Shown here one piece after another: positions 62,728 through 64,000 of a DNA stretch of 64,000 nt. Both the position numbers and the translations under genes were made by a program. Below the pieces are notes generated by a model. That model ran no database searches. It was not told the origin of the DNA and worked only from the letters and a program-made list of their open reading frames with translations. This DNA is from Promethearchaeati archaeon (GTDB lineage Archaea > Asgardarchaeota > Heimdallarchaeia > Heimdallarchaeales > Heimdallarchaeaceae), in assembly GCA_013166775.1 (NCBI GenBank), contig JABLTJ010000011.1, forward strand, positions 1-64,000, written 5' to 3'. How positions within the stretch are numbered: position 1 is the first letter of the stretch; each line of letters opens with the position of its first letter.

Positions 62728-64000
62728 CTATATTTGTGCTTCAAAACTTTGTTCGATTAGATTAGAGAGTTGAGTGCGAATATCAAGGGTGAGATTTCCA
62801 TCAGATAACCAGCTTTCAGTGAACTCTCTTGAAATAGAAGATTTCAGAAATTCATCAAGAAAAAGGGCAAATTTTTTGATTGGTTGGAAGGATTTTCCCA
62901 TGAAAACATAACAGAAGAAGAAATCTTGCTTCTTAAACAATAAACAAGACAATTCTTTATAACGAAATCTAACAGGAAACTGATAGTTTTCATTTTTGGC
63001 TTCAAAATCATTGATTTTAGAAAAAATCTCTGAAATCTTGCTGTAATCAAGGGATTCTGATGAAAAAGAATCAGAAAAAACAATTGAACCTTCTTTATCT
63101 AAAATTACAAAAAAGTATGGAGATTCTTCCTCTTGCACAACATCAGAGTAACTAATCCATTTTCTGATCATACCATTAAGAAAATCTTCAATATGTGTTA
63201 ACTCAAAACGCTCTTCTAAAGAAGGTAAATTGGTAGTCAAATCCTCCCATTTGTCTAGTTGTTCAAGAAGAACATCGTACTCATTCGAAAGGAGTAACTC
63301 TAACCTTGTAATTCCTTTTTCTCTTGCTAATTCTTGTGCTTGGTTTAAAACATTAAGCGCTTCTTCAACCTTTAAATCTAGCAATAAGATTTTGGATTGT
63401 AAAAAGTGAAGCTCTATTATCAGTAAATTTGATTGTGCATATGTTGCCTTCAAGGTAAGTTCATTGATATAATTATGAAGAATTTCAATTAATTGCATGT
63501 TTGCTGTAGATTTTATTTCCTCCAAAATTAAATCACATAGATGAAGATAAGCTCTATTGGCAGTAACTTGGAATGGAGTTTCTGTTGATACTAAATCAGT
63601 AAGAATTTTCTTAGCTTGATTTCTGATTTCATCATCTTTACTAGATTTAAGGATAAGAGCTTTAGAAAGTGAGTGCAGCTGATTAACCCAGATCTCATCT
63701 GTTTCTTCTTTCATTTTTCTTATTTTATCAAAATACTCCATTGCTATCTCTTTCATACCTTGTTGTAGATTTATTTCTAGAAGGTGAAAATAATTGTTAG
63801 CTAGAATTGTATATGCCCCAAACTCTTCTCTGATTCTCAAACTTTTTTGAAAATATGAAGCAGCAATTTCCAGATTGCTTTTTTGATAATAAATGTCAGC
63901 TAGTACGCCGTAAGCCATCGCAAGAGAAAATGGCTCATAATGACTCTCATATCTTTCAAGTAATTCAAGCATTTGGTTCAAAGCTAAATCAACATCTCCC
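62728..64000 (-). CDS. TPR protein with C-terminal longin-like domain (5' end beyond window)
   Basis: LADIYYQKSNLEIAASYFQKSLRIRE TPR; the C-terminus FFVILDKEGSIVFS...FFFCYVF has a longin-type beta-beta-alpha pattern. Frame is open to the edge. Confidence 0.8.
   Translation of the reverse strand, partial: GDVDLALNQMLELLERYESHYEPFSLAMAYGVLADIYYQKSNLEIAASYFQKSLRIREEFGAYTILANNYFHLLEINLQQGMKEIAMEYFDKIRKMKEETDEIWVNQLHSLSKALILKSSKDDEIRNQAKKILTDLVSTETPFQVTANRAYLHLCDLILEEIKSTANMQLIEILHNYINELTLKATYAQSNLLIIELHFLQSKILLLDLKVEEALNVLNQAQELAREKGITRLELLLSNEYDVLLEQLDKWEDLTTNLPSLEERFELTHIEDFLNGMIRKWISYSDVVQEEESPYFFVILDKEGSIVFSDSFSSESLDYSKISEIFSKINDFEAKNENYQFPVRFRYKELSCLLFKKQDFFFCYVFMGKSFQPIKKFALFLDEFLKSSISREFTESWLSDGNLTLDIRTQLSNLIEQSFEAQI

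Overview
AT-rich prokaryotic window with archaeal signals (BRE/TATA boxes, GGTGA-type Shine-Dalgarno sites, oligo-T terminators). The protein families suggest an Asgard archaeon, Heimdall/Hodarchaeia-like (inference): TPR protein with a longin-like tail, duplicated Lrp-type wHTH regulators, TIGR04076 proteins, beta-helix/Ca-repeat surface protein. No rRNA, tRNA, CRISPR array or intact transposase was recognised. The left part holds oppD/oppF ATPases, a tandem coiled-coil+winged-helix pair, gdhA, a receiver/PPDK_N protein, a sulfotransferase-FeS-ferredoxin-3beta-HSD cluster and a degenerate Hef-like helicase. The rest is an accessory region of oxidoreductases, glycosidases, peptidases, transporters and regulators, shaped by at least two segmental duplications and many decayed genes. 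Best candidates for undescribed biology: (i) a Stf3-type sulfotransferase + FeS proteins + NSDHL/3beta-HSD-like cluster, possibly modifying sterols or isoprenoids; (ii) a paralogous coiled-coil/winged-helix pair that may heterodimerise; (iii) an OppF ATPase with an inserted membrane hairpin; (iv) an AAA-ATPase/kinase chimera with a non-ATG start; (v) a duplicated wHTH-MarR-TIGR04076x2-flavodoxin cassette; (vi) block-wise switching of synonymous codon endings. All assignments come from motif recognition by eye; no searches were run.
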